42,503 bases of DNA from Candidatus Binatia bacterium (lineage in GTDB: Bacteria; Desulfobacterota; Binatia; UBA9968), in NCBI GenBank assembly GCA_036558765.1, contig DATBEY010000129.1, forward strand, positions 1 through 42,503. Direction: 5' to 3'. Shown here piece by piece: positions 18,812 to 27,619 of the stretch (its first letter is position 1; each line of letters starts with the position of its first letter). The position numbers were made by a program, and so were the translations under genes. Under the pieces are notes generated by a model. It saw nothing but the letters and a program-made list of their open reading frames with translations, did not search any database and had not been told where the DNA came from.

Positions 18812-21144
18812 GCCGACGCGGTCTGCCGGTTTTTCTCTGGGCGCTGGTCGTATGCTCGCTGCTGGCGCATAACGTCTACCTGTGGATCGGCGAACGCATC
18901 CACCCGGATACTGACATCCTCGCGCTTTTACCCGCCGAGCGGCACGATTCGGCGCTCGAACAAGCCTCAGTCAAGATGATCGATGCCGGGCAGCAGAAGC
19001 TGATTGCGCTCATCGGCGCGCCGGATTGGGCAGAGGCTCGCCGCGCCGCGGATGCCTATCGCGAAATTTTGGCACGCCACGGTGATTTGTTTCAATTGGC
19101 CGACCAGACGGGCGAGCGGATGGAATCGGATTTCCTCGCGCTCTTCGATCGCCATCGCGAAGTGTTGCTCACCATCGCCGACGAAGCGGCGCTGCATAAT
19201 CAAGCGCCGCAGTTTTGGATCGATAAGGCGTTGGCGAAACTTTCCAGCCCCTTTTCCGGTCCTAACTTGGGCCCGTGGCAAGACGACCCCTTCGGCCTGT
19301 TTAGCTCGTGGGTGCAAGCGCGCGCCCAAGAAACTCCCGTGCGGCCGCGTGACGGACGATTGTTTGTTAGCGACGCGCGGCGCGATTACGTCGTGATCCC
19401 GATCAACTTGCGCGCGCCGGCGTTTTCCATCAGCGGCCAGCAACTCGCCTTGCCGATTCTAGACCGAGCTCGCCAAGCCGCTCAAAACGCCGTGGCGCAG
19501 GCCGACGTGCTCGAAGCCGGCGTCGTGCTCCACGCAGCGTCCGCCGGCGCGCAGGCGCAGCGTGAGCTTTCGATCATCGGCGGCGGTTCGCTGACCGGAA
19601 TCGTTTTGCTCATGGGATTGGCCTTTCGTTCGCTCAAACCGATCGCGTTGATCTTGCTGTCGATCGCCGTCGGCTGCCTTGGCGCGCTATCGGTCTCTTC
19701 GCTGCTGTTCGAAAAAATTCATCTGATCACCTTAGTGTTCGGCGCGAGCCTCATCGGCGTGGCGCAAGATTACGGTATTTATTTCCTTTGCCAGCGGTTC
19801 AGCGCGAATTCAGAAACCGATTCCTGGAAGTTGCTGCGCCGCAGTCTGCCGGCTTTGATTCTCGCCTTGGTCACGACGGTGATCGGTTATATGGGTCTGG
19901 CACTGACTCCGTTTCCCGGCCTGCGCCAAATGGCAGTGTTTCCGGTTACTGGTTTGATTTTTGGCTGGTTGACGGTTGCGTTGTGGTTCCCGGCGTTGGC
20001 ACGCGAGCGCGCCAGCAAAGCGTTGCCGCTGGCCGAGGGGTGCGCCGTGGGCTCGATGGGCTGGCCGCACATTCGCCGTAATTGCGCGACTTATTTGGCG
20101 CTCGTCGGCTTGGCAATATTTGCCGCCATTGGCTGGTCGCGGCTTGGCGCGCAAGATGATATTCGTTCGCTGCACAACCCGCCAAAGAAGCTGCTCGACG
20201 ATCAAGTCAAAATAAGCGAGCTACTCGATCTGCCGATGCCGGCGCAGTTCTTTTTGCTGCGCAGTGCGACGCCGGAAATTTTGCTGGAGCGCGAAGAAAC
20301 TCTCACGACCCGGCTCGAATCGCTCGTGGAGCGAAAGCTCATTACCGGTTACCACGCGCTGTCCAATTGGGTGCCATCGGCGCAGCGGCAAGCGTCGCGA
20401 CGCCTCCTGCTCGAGAAGGTGTTGCTAAGCGATGATGGCGCGCTTCCGGCATTAGCAAAACAAATCGGTGAAGATCGCCATTGGGTTGCGGCGGTGCGCG
20501 CGCGTTGGCTTGCGCCGGCCGCGCCGCTGACGGTGGATCAATTTCTCAAAGCGCCGGCGAGCGAGCCCTGGCGCCACCTGTGGTTGGGTAAATCCGCGGA
20601 CGGTTACGCCAGCGTGATCACGCTGAGCGGCGTGAGCAAAGCCGCCTTAGGAGCGCTCTCGCAAGCCGGTGACGGATTGCCAGGCGTGCAGTGGGTCGAT
20701 AAGGTCGGCGAGATTTCTACGGTGCTGGGAAAATATCGCTACGCGATGAGTTGGGTGCTGCTGCTGTCTTATCTCGCGGTTTACGGTTTACTTTACCCGC
20801 GCTATGGCTTTGCCGGCTGGCGGGCGTTGGCGCCTACCGCGCTGGCGAGCATCTTAACGCTCGCAGTCTTGGGCATCATGGGACAGGCTCTCGAGTTATT
20901 CCATATACTGGCGCTCATGCTGCTCCTAGGCATCGGCGTTGACTACGGGATTTTTTTTCAGGAACAAGGCCCGGTTGACGATCACGCTGCGTGGCTTTCT
21001 GTGGCTCTGTCGGCGTCGAGCACGCTTTTGTCCTTCGGTCTGCTCGCTTTGAGCAAAACCCCGGCGTTGCGAGCGTTTGGATTGACCATGGCGTTGGGCA
21101 TCATTACGGTTTGCTTGATTGTGCCTTTTTTTCGCAAGCAATAA
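18808..21144 (+). CDS. MMPL/RND-superfamily membrane exporter
   Basis: 778 aa with two blocks of about 5-6 TM helices separated by large soluble loops. TTG start overlapping the previous stop. Confidence 0.8.
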   Translation: MSRRGLPVFLWALVVCSLLAHNVYLWIGERIHPDTDILALLPAERHDSALEQASVKMIDAGQQKLIALIGAPDWAEARRAADAYREILARHGDLFQLADQTGERMESDFLALFDRHREVLLTIADEAALHNQAPQFWIDKALAKLSSPFSGPNLGPWQDDPFGLFSSWVQARAQETPVRPRDGRLFVSDARRDYVVIPINLRAPAFSISGQQLALPILDRARQAAQNAVAQADVLEAGVVLHAASAGAQAQRELSIIGGGSLTGIVLLMGLAFRSLKPIALILLSIAVGCLGALSVSSLLFEKIHLITLVFGASLIGVAQDYGIYFLCQRFSANSETDSWKLLRRSLPALILALVTTVIGYMGLALTPFPGLRQMAVFPVTGLIFGWLTVALWFPALARERASKALPLAEGCAVGSMGWPHIRRNCATYLALVGLAIFAAIGWSRLGAQDDIRSLHNPPKKLLDDQVKISELLDLPMPAQFFLLRSATPEILLEREETLTTRLESLVERKLITGYHALSNWVPSAQRQASRRLLLEKVLLSDDGALPALAKQIGEDRHWVAAVRARWLAPAAPLTVDQFLKAPASEPWRHLWLGKSADGYASVITLSGVSKAALGALSQAGDGLPGVQWVDKVGEISTVLGKYRYAMSWVLLLSYLAVYGLLYPRYGFAGWRALAPTALASILTLAVLGIMGQALELFHILALMLLLGIGVDYGIFFQEQGPVDDHAAWLSVALSASSTLLSFGLLALSKTPALRAFGLTMALGIITVCLIVPFFRKQ

Positions 21145-21197
21145 TTGCCGAGAAGTCGTATAATCAATCCGCTAAATTTCCCCAAACATTGTCGGTG

Positions 21198-22436
21198 ATG
21201 GATCGATCTCCGGAATTTGTCGAGGTCTTGATTATCGGCGCCGGTCCAGCCGGTGCGGTGGCGGCAGGGTTGCTCTGCCGGCAGGGACGGCAAGTGTTGA
21301 TGCTGGAGCGTGAAATGTTTCCGCGCTTCAGCATCGGCGAAAGTCTGCTGCCGCAGAGCATGGAATATTTAGAACAGGCGGGCATGCTGCGCGTGGTAGA
21401 AGAAGGCGGGTTTCAGCGCAAAGACGGCGCGGCGTTCGGCCACCGCGAACAATACACCGAGTTCGATTTTAGCGAAAAGCATTCGCCCGGCTGGAGCACG
21501 ACCTATCAAGTCCCACGCGCGCACTTCGATCATCTGCTGGCGCGGGAGGCGGAACGTCAAGGCGCAGAGGTTCGTTACCGCCACGAGGTGATCGCCGTCG
21601 ACTTTAGCGGTGCGCGCCCGCGGATCGAAGTGAAAGATCAAGACGGTGAGACTTATACCATCGAGGCCGGATTTATTCTCGATGCCAGCGGCTTTGGCCG
21701 GGTGTTGTCGCGCTTGCTGCAGCTCGAAAGTCCTTCGAACTTTCCGGTGCGCGGCGCGATCTTTACGCACATCGAAGATCATATCTCCACGGCAAATTTC
21801 GACCGTAACAAGATTCTGATTACGGTGCATCCGGCGCACGACGATCTATGGTATTGGCTGATTCCGTTTGCCGACGGCCGCTCCTCGCTCGGCGTAGTGG
21901 GAAAACCCCGTGACGTGATACAGACTTCGGGCGGCGAGACCGAAAAATTGCAGAGCCTGGTACGCGGGGCGCCGTCGCTCCATCGTTTGTTGGCGCGGGC
22001 GCGCTGGGACACCCCGGCGCGCAAGCTGATCGGCTATTCGGCCAACGTGAGATCGCTGTGCGGACCGGGGTACGCCCTGCTTGGCAACGCCGGTGAGTTT
22101 CTCGATCCAATTTTTTCCTCCGGCGTGACGATTGCTTTCAAATCGTCGAGCTTAGCCGCGTCGGTGCTGGAGCGACAATTCCACGGCGAAAAAGTCGACT
22201 GGATCGCGGAGTTTGCCGCGCCCCTCAAACGCGGTGTCGATACGTTCCGAGCTTTTGTCGAGTCGTGGTATCGCGGCGGCTTTCAGCGAATCATTTTTTA
22301 CGTCAAGCCGCCGCCCGACATCCGGCGCATGATTTCGGCGATTCTGGCGGGCTATGCTTGGGATCAAACCAATCCGTACGTGCGCGATACAGAGCGGCGC
22401 TTGGCGGCCTTGGAGGAGTTGTGCTGCGAACGGTGA
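21198..22436 (+). CDS. Flavin-dependent halogenase
   Basis: GAGPAG dinucleotide fold, IGESLLP, Lys in GFQRKDGAAF, WYWLIP (= WxWxIP, 21849-21866) and FLDPIFSSG (= FxxPxxSxG). Confidence 0.8.
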   Translation: MDRSPEFVEVLIIGAGPAGAVAAGLLCRQGRQVLMLEREMFPRFSIGESLLPQSMEYLEQAGMLRVVEEGGFQRKDGAAFGHREQYTEFDFSEKHSPGWSTTYQVPRAHFDHLLAREAERQGAEVRYRHEVIAVDFSGARPRIEVKDQDGETYTIEAGFILDASGFGRVLSRLLQLESPSNFPVRGAIFTHIEDHISTANFDRNKILITVHPAHDDLWYWLIPFADGRSSLGVVGKPRDVIQTSGGETEKLQSLVRGAPSLHRLLARARWDTPARKLIGYSANVRSLCGPGYALLGNAGEFLDPIFSSGVTIAFKSSSLAASVLERQFHGEKVDWIAEFAAPLKRGVDTFRAFVESWYRGGFQRIIFYVKPPPDIRRMISAILAGYAWDQTNPYVRDTERRLAALEELCCER

Positions 22437-22972
22437 TCGGCAGTTTCGCCGCGCTGAGTGTTCTGGGGTTAGCGGCGTGCGGCAATACACCATTCAACGA
22501 TGGACGGACTGGGCTAAGACTGCCACCCGCGACGCTGGGCGCGGCGGTCAATTTGCAGCAGCATCTCACCGTTGAACGACCCGGGCGCATGGACGAGCTC
22601 GACGCCGCATTGGAAATCGATGCCGAGCGCATCGACCTGGTCGGACTGGCATGGGGCCGGCGGGTTTTGTCTTTGCACTACGACGGTAAATCACTTGAAA
22701 CTTGGCGCGATCCGATGGTCGGCAAAGGATTACGAGGTGAAGACGTGCTCGAAGATCTCCAGCTGACGCTTTGGCCGATCGAGCAAATCCGCTCGGCCCT
22801 GCCGACGGGCTGGCGCATCGAGGAAAAAGGTTTGCAACGGACGCTTTATTTGGAGGACGAGCCGGTGACGGTGATCGAGTATAGCGCTCAGCCGCGCTGG
22901 AGTGGCACCATCGAATTGACCAATTTGCGTTATCGTTACCGACTGACGATCCACTCGCTCGTAGGCGATTAG
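22421..22972 (+). CDS. Lipoprotein of unknown function (ApeN/DUF3261-like position)
   Basis: GTG start preceded by GGAGGAG. Signal peptide with lipobox LGLAAC. Lies between the halogenase and KS. Confidence 0.65.
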   Translation: MLRTVIGSFAALSVLGLAACGNTPFNDGRTGLRLPPATLGAAVNLQQHLTVERPGRMDELDAALEIDAERIDLVGLAWGRRVLSLHYDGKSLETWRDPMVGKGLRGEDVLEDLQLTLWPIEQIRSALPTGWRIEEKGLQRTLYLEDEPVTVIEYSAQPRWSGTIELTNLRYRYRLTIHSLVGD

Positions 22973-22973
22973 T

Positions 22974-24158
22974 ATGATTTTTCTCAACCGACTGGGGATG
23001 GTCTGCGCCTTGGGCGACTCCGTCGCTGAGATCGGTCCGCGCGTGTTCGATCTGGCGCAGAGCGGCGTCGCGCTGGTTGAAAACTATTTACCTGGCCGTT
23101 CGTTGGCGCTCGGTCGGGTGCAAGCCGCTCTGGGTCTGCCGAGGCTTGATGAATTTCCTCTACGCGACCGTAGTCGCAACAATCAACTTGCTTTGGCCGC
23201 ATTGAGCCAGATCAGATCCGCGGTTGAAGAGACGATCGAGCGCCATGGCGCCGACCGCTTCGCCGTGGTTATCGGCACCAGCACTTCAGGCATTGCGGAG
23301 GGTGAAACCGCGCTACGCGGGTTTGCCAAGAGTGGTTCGCTGCCGGAGTGGTTTCACTACGGCCAGCAGGAGTTGGGTTCACCCGCGGCGTTCTTGGCGC
23401 ACACTCTCGGTGCCACCGGTCCGGCTTACGTGCACGCTAGCGCCTGCGCTTCGAGCGCGAAGGCACTGGCGAGCGCGGCTCGGCTGATTTTGATGGGCGC
23501 GTGCGACGCCGCGCTCGCCGGCGGAGTGGATTCCTTGTGCACTTTTACCGTGGCTGGCTTCGCGGCGCTCGAGTCGGTCAGCGAGTCACGCTGCAATCCG
23601 CTGAGCCGCAACCGCAATGGTATCAATATCGGCGAAGGGGCCGCGCTATTTCTCTTGAGCCGCGAGCCCGCGACCGTGAGCTTACGCGGCTGGGGCGAAT
23701 CGTCGGACGGACATCATATGTCGGCGCCCGATCCTGCTGGATTTGGCGCGCGATCGGCCATGGACCGGGCGTTGTCGCGCGCGGAGGTTCACCGGAGCGA
23801 GGTAGATTATGTAAATCTACACGGTACAGCGACCGTGCAGAACGACGCCATGGAAGCGCGCGTCATTCACGCTCTGTTCAGCGATCGAGTAGCCGTGAGC
23901 TCGACCAAACCGTTTACCGGTCACTGCTTGGGCGCCGCTGGAGCCATCGAGGCGGGCCTTTGTTGGCTCGCAATGCAGGATAGCAACACCAGCGGCAAAT
24001 TGCCGCCGCACCTTTGGGACGGCGTTGCCGACCCCACGCTACCGGAGCTGAATGTTGTCGCGCCCGGGGCGCGTCTCGGCCATCCCGTGCGCTGTGCCGT
24101 GAGCAATTCTTTTGCTTTTGGCGGCGCCAACGCCACTCTGGTTTTCTGCCGCGATTAA
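22974..24158 (+). CDS. Beta-ketoacyl-ACP synthase (FabF-like, Cys-His-His)
   Basis: Active-site ASACASS, LHGTAT and TGHCLGAAG. Confidence 0.88.
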   Translation: MIFLNRLGMVCALGDSVAEIGPRVFDLAQSGVALVENYLPGRSLALGRVQAALGLPRLDEFPLRDRSRNNQLALAALSQIRSAVEETIERHGADRFAVVIGTSTSGIAEGETALRGFAKSGSLPEWFHYGQQELGSPAAFLAHTLGATGPAYVHASACASSAKALASAARLILMGACDAALAGGVDSLCTFTVAGFAALESVSESRCNPLSRNRNGINIGEGAALFLLSREPATVSLRGWGESSDGHHMSAPDPAGFGARSAMDRALSRAEVHRSEVDYVNLHGTATVQNDAMEARVIHALFSDRVAVSSTKPFTGHCLGAAGAIEAGLCWLAMQDSNTSGKLPPHLWDGVADPTLPELNVVAPGARLGHPVRCAVSNSFAFGGANATLVFCRD

Positions 24159-24159
24159 T

Positions 24160-24615
24160 ATGAGCATGCCGGATATTCGCCAGTTGCTGCCGCACTCCGG
24201 TCCAATGGTGTTGTTAGATCGAGTCGTCGTGGCGGACGACGAAAGCATGTGCGCCGAAGTGCGCATCCGCTCCAATAGTTTTTTTTGTGCGGACGGTGGT
24301 GTTGGCGCATGGGTCGGCCTCGAATACATGGCGCAAACCATCGGTGCGTACGCCGGTTATACGGCGTGGTTGCGCGGTGAGCCGATTAAAATTGGCTATC
24401 TGCTGGGAACGAGATGTTACGAGTGTCGTCGGCCGCTTTTCGCCGTCGGCACGCTGCTGCGCATCCACGTCAAACGCGTGCTGCGGAGCGAAAACGGCTT
24501 GGCTTCCTTCGAGTGCCGTATCGACGATGAGATCGGGCCAATCGCAAGCGCCCATCTCTCGGTGTATCAACCGGCGGACGAAACGCAGATTTCGGAGGAA
24601 GGTCGGGGTGAGTAA
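24160..24615 (+). CDS. Hot-dog fold 3-hydroxyacyl-ACP dehydratase (ApeP-like)
   Basis: LLPHSGPMVLLDRV N-terminus typical of APE-cluster dehydratases, 151 aa. Confidence 0.7.
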   Translation: MSMPDIRQLLPHSGPMVLLDRVVVADDESMCAEVRIRSNSFFCADGGVGAWVGLEYMAQTIGAYAGYTAWLRGEPIKIGYLLGTRCYECRRPLFAVGTLLRIHVKRVLRSENGLASFECRIDDEIGPIASAHLSVYQPADETQISEEGRGE

Positions 24616-25333
24616 ATCCGTTTTGATCACCGGTTCAAGCCGAGGCATCGGCAAAGCGATCGCCTTACGCCTGGCGCGCGACGGCTACGATATCATCGTG
24701 CATTGCCGTAGCCGGCGCGAAGAAGCCGAGGGCGTCGTTCAGGCAATCTGCGCGGTCGGCCGCCAGGCGCGGCTGCTCCAGTTCGATATCGGCGAGCGCG
24801 CGGCAACGGCCGAGGCGATTCACAAAGACATCGAAGAGCATGGTTGCTACTACGGCGTGGTCTGCAACGCCGGCATCATTCGCGATCAAGTTTTTCCATC
24901 CATGTCAGGCGCGGACTGGGACCTCGTGATCAAGACCAATCTCGACGGCTTCTACAACGTACTCAACCCCTTGATCATGCCCATGGTGCGGCGCCGGGCG
25001 CCCGGCCGTATCGTGACTTTGGCGTCGGTCTCCGGGATGATCGGCAACCGAGGCCAGGTCAACTACAGCGCGGCCAAAGCGGGGGTCATCGGCGCAACCA
25101 AGGCTTTGGCTCTGGAGCTGGCGACGCGCGAGATCACGGTCAATTGCATCGCACCGGGCTTGATCGAAACGGAAATGATCGATGGCGCGCCGTTGGACGA
25201 AATCCTCAAGCTGATTCCCGCACGACGCGTCGGCAAACCCGCAGAGGTCGCCGCCGCCGTAAGTTTTCTGGTGAGCGAGGACGCCGGTTACATTACGCGC
25301 CAGGTAATTTCAGTCAATGGAGGGCTGGCATGA
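24608..25333 (+). CDS. 3-oxoacyl-ACP reductase (SDR, FabG-like)
   Basis: TGSSRGIGKAIA cofactor motif and YSAAK catalytic motif. GTG start overlapping the previous stop. Confidence 0.88.
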   Translation: MSKSVLITGSSRGIGKAIALRLARDGYDIIVHCRSRREEAEGVVQAICAVGRQARLLQFDIGERAATAEAIHKDIEEHGCYYGVVCNAGIIRDQVFPSMSGADWDLVIKTNLDGFYNVLNPLIMPMVRRRAPGRIVTLASVSGMIGNRGQVNYSAAKAGVIGATKALALELATREITVNCIAPGLIETEMIDGAPLDEILKLIPARRVGKPAEVAAAVSFLVSEDAGYITRQVISVNGGLA

Positions 25334-26559
25334 GGCGTCGGGTCGCGGTCACCGGCATGGCCGGCATCAGCCCCATCGGCAACGATTGGTGCAGCGTGCG
25401 TGCGCGCCTGGCGAAATATCGTAACGCGGTTGTCAGCATGCCGGAATGGGCCGGCTACGACGGTCTCAATACGCTGCTCGGCGCACCGGCGGCTGAATTC
25501 ACCTTATCCGAGCGCTACACCACCAAAAGCACCCGCAGCTTGGGTCGTGTCGCTTTGATGGCGACCCGGGCCAGCGAGCTGGCCCTCGACAACGCGGGAC
25601 TGCTTGGCGATCCCTTGGTGAAGAGCGGCAAGCTCGGCATCGCGTATGGCTCATCCGCCGGCACGCCGCGGGCGATCTGCGATTTCGGCAGAATGATCGA
25701 CGAGAAAAGCACCAAAGGCATCAATGCGACGACTTATATCAAGATGATGGGGCACACTGCTCCGGTTAATCTCGGGGTCTTTCTCGGCGTCACCGGCCGT
25801 ATCATTACGACTTCGAGCGCCTGCACTTCGGGGAGCCAAGGCATCGGCTACGGCTACGAAGCTGTTCGCAGCGGGCAGCAGCGCGCCATGATCGCCGGCG
25901 GCGCTGAAGAGCTGTGCGTCACCGAAGCGGCCGTATTCGACACGCTTTTTGCCACCAGCGTGCGCAACGACGCGCCGGAGACGACGCCCCGCCCCTTCGA
26001 TGCCGATCGTGACGGGCTCGTGCTTGGTGAGGGCGCCGGCACATTAATCCTGGAAGATTGGGAGCACGCGCGCGCGCGAGGCGCGACGATCTACGCCGAA
26101 GTCGCCGGCTTCGGCACCAACAGCGATGGCTGCCATGTCACCCATCCCAACGCCGAGACCATGCGCAGGGCCATGGAGCTCGCCCTGGCCGACGCCGAGT
26201 TGTCGCCGTCCGCGATCGGCTACGTCAACGCCCATGGTACCGGCACACAGCAAGGCGATGTCGCCGAATCACATGCGACTTGGAACGTGTTCGGCGGCAA
26301 AGTGCCGGTGAGCTCGCTCAAAAGCTACATGGGGCACACGCTCGGCGCCTGCGGTGCTCTTGAGGCTTGGTTCAGCATTCAAATGATGCGCGACGGCAGG
26401 TTTGCGCCGACCGTAAATCTCACTCAGGTAGATTCGCGCTGCGCCGACCTCGACTACATCGTCGACCAAAGTCGGAAGTTGGATTGTGAATATATCATTT
26501 CGAACAATTTTGCCTTCGGCGGGATCAACACATCGTTGGTTTTTCGGAGGTGCGATTAG
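25330..26559 (+). CDS. Beta-ketoacyl-ACP synthase (second KS, Cys-His-His)
   Basis: TSSACTSGSQ, NAHGTGT and MGHTLGACG. ATGA overlap with the reductase gene. Confidence 0.88.
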   Translation: MRRRVAVTGMAGISPIGNDWCSVRARLAKYRNAVVSMPEWAGYDGLNTLLGAPAAEFTLSERYTTKSTRSLGRVALMATRASELALDNAGLLGDPLVKSGKLGIAYGSSAGTPRAICDFGRMIDEKSTKGINATTYIKMMGHTAPVNLGVFLGVTGRIITTSSACTSGSQGIGYGYEAVRSGQQRAMIAGGAEELCVTEAAVFDTLFATSVRNDAPETTPRPFDADRDGLVLGEGAGTLILEDWEHARARGATIYAEVAGFGTNSDGCHVTHPNAETMRRAMELALADAELSPSAIGYVNAHGTGTQQGDVAESHATWNVFGGKVPVSSLKSYMGHTLGACGALEAWFSIQMMRDGRFAPTVNLTQVDSRCADLDYIVDQSRKLDCEYIISNNFAFGGINTSLVFRRCD

Positions 26560-26651
26560 GAGATCCAGTCAAAGCCCAATGGTCGAAAATCCGATTGCCT
26601 TCGCGTATTCGATCTTATATTTGCCAGATCAACGAGAACAGGTGTACAACT

Positions 26652-27101
26652 ATGGAAAAATTTCTTGCGGGTTTACTAATGGCTGCATTGATGCTCGCAG
26701 CGGTGACGCCCGCCAGCGCGCGCGATACCAAGTATCTGTTGCCGATCGCCGCTGCCTTAGAAACTAAGGACGCCAAGGAAAAACTCGATGGTTCGGTCAA
26801 GTTTTTTTTCGGCAGTCAAGAGACCCCGAAGATCCTCACCAAGCTGGCCACCGATGTAACCAATCTCAAAACTAATGCTGTCGGGAAATCCGATGAAAAC
26901 GCATGCAACTGGGTGTTTTTGTCGGCAATGATTCAGCTGGAAAAGCGCGCCAAACAATTAGGCGCAAACGCCGTGGTGAATATTGTCAGTTTTTATCAGA
27001 AAAACGTCATGTCGAGCCCAACCGAATTTGAATGCCATGCTGGAGCAGTGATCGCCGGTGTGGCACTCAAGGGCGATTTTGTCAAAGTCGAAGAGCAATG
27101 A
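26652..27101 (+). CDS. Secreted protein of unknown function, paralog A
   Basis: Signal peptide ending ASA-RD. Shares ARD.KY.LPI.AAL, DGSVKFFFG, ACN, GANAVVNIVS.Y and EFECHAGA blocks with the next gene. Confidence 0.7.
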   Translation: MEKFLAGLLMAALMLAAVTPASARDTKYLLPIAAALETKDAKEKLDGSVKFFFGSQETPKILTKLATDVTNLKTNAVGKSDENACNWVFLSAMIQLEKRAKQLGANAVVNIVSFYQKNVMSSPTEFECHAGAVIAGVALKGDFVKVEEQ

Positions 27102-27160
27102 GCCGATCGATTCGTTTAACAATATAGAACGGCGCTCGCGAAATGGTGCAGGAATCATCC

Positions 27161-27604
27161 ATGACGCACGCCGTCGCCATGACCGGCGCGCTGATCTTAT
27201 CCGTTTTGGTAGCGACGCGCGCCTATGCGCGCGACGACAAATACATTTTGCCGATCAAAGCCGCGCTAGACTCCGCCGAACCGCGCCAGAAGACTGACGG
27301 CTCGGTGAAGTTTTTCTTCGGCAAAGAATCGACGCCGCCGATCGCGTCCAACCTGGGCAGCGTGAAGCCGCACGGTAAAGCTCGTACACGCCGCAGCGAC
27401 GACATCGAGGCGTGCAATGTCGCTTTTCTTGCCGCTCTCATGGATTTCCAGCAACGCGCCAAGAAAGCCGGCGCGAACGCCGTGGTGAACATCGTGAGCT
27501 ATTATAAAAACATCGAGATGGCGAGTGCGACGGAGTTCGAGTGCCATGCCGGCGCGGCGGCGCACGCAATCTTGCGAGGCGATTTAATCAAGCTTGCCGA
27601 TTGA
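27161..27604 (+). CDS. Secreted protein of unknown function, paralog B
   Basis: Same conserved blocks as paralog A, roughly half the residues identical by eye. AGGA lies 8 nt upstream of the ATG at 27161. Confidence 0.7.
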   Translation: MTHAVAMTGALILSVLVATRAYARDDKYILPIKAALDSAEPRQKTDGSVKFFFGKESTPPIASNLGSVKPHGKARTRRSDDIEACNVAFLAALMDFQQRAKKAGANAVVNIVSYYKNIEMASATEFECHAGAAAHAILRGDLIKLAD

Positions 27605-27619
27605 CTTCTGGCGCTTCAC

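Noticed and set aside
20991-21197. Upstream extension of the halogenase ORF that overlaps the end of the MMPL exporter gene.
   Set aside because: The dinucleotide-binding fold starts right after MDRSPEFVEVLIIGAGPAG (ATG 21198). The extension overlaps the last TM helices of the exporter in another frame.
24844-25329. The 162-aa N-terminal extension of the track ORF 24844..26559, which is Arg/Gly-rich.
   Set aside because: It lies out of frame inside the FabG-like reductase gene, which has clear SDR motifs. The KS homology begins at MRRRVAVTGMAG (ATG 25330), which forms an ATGA overlap with the reductase stop.
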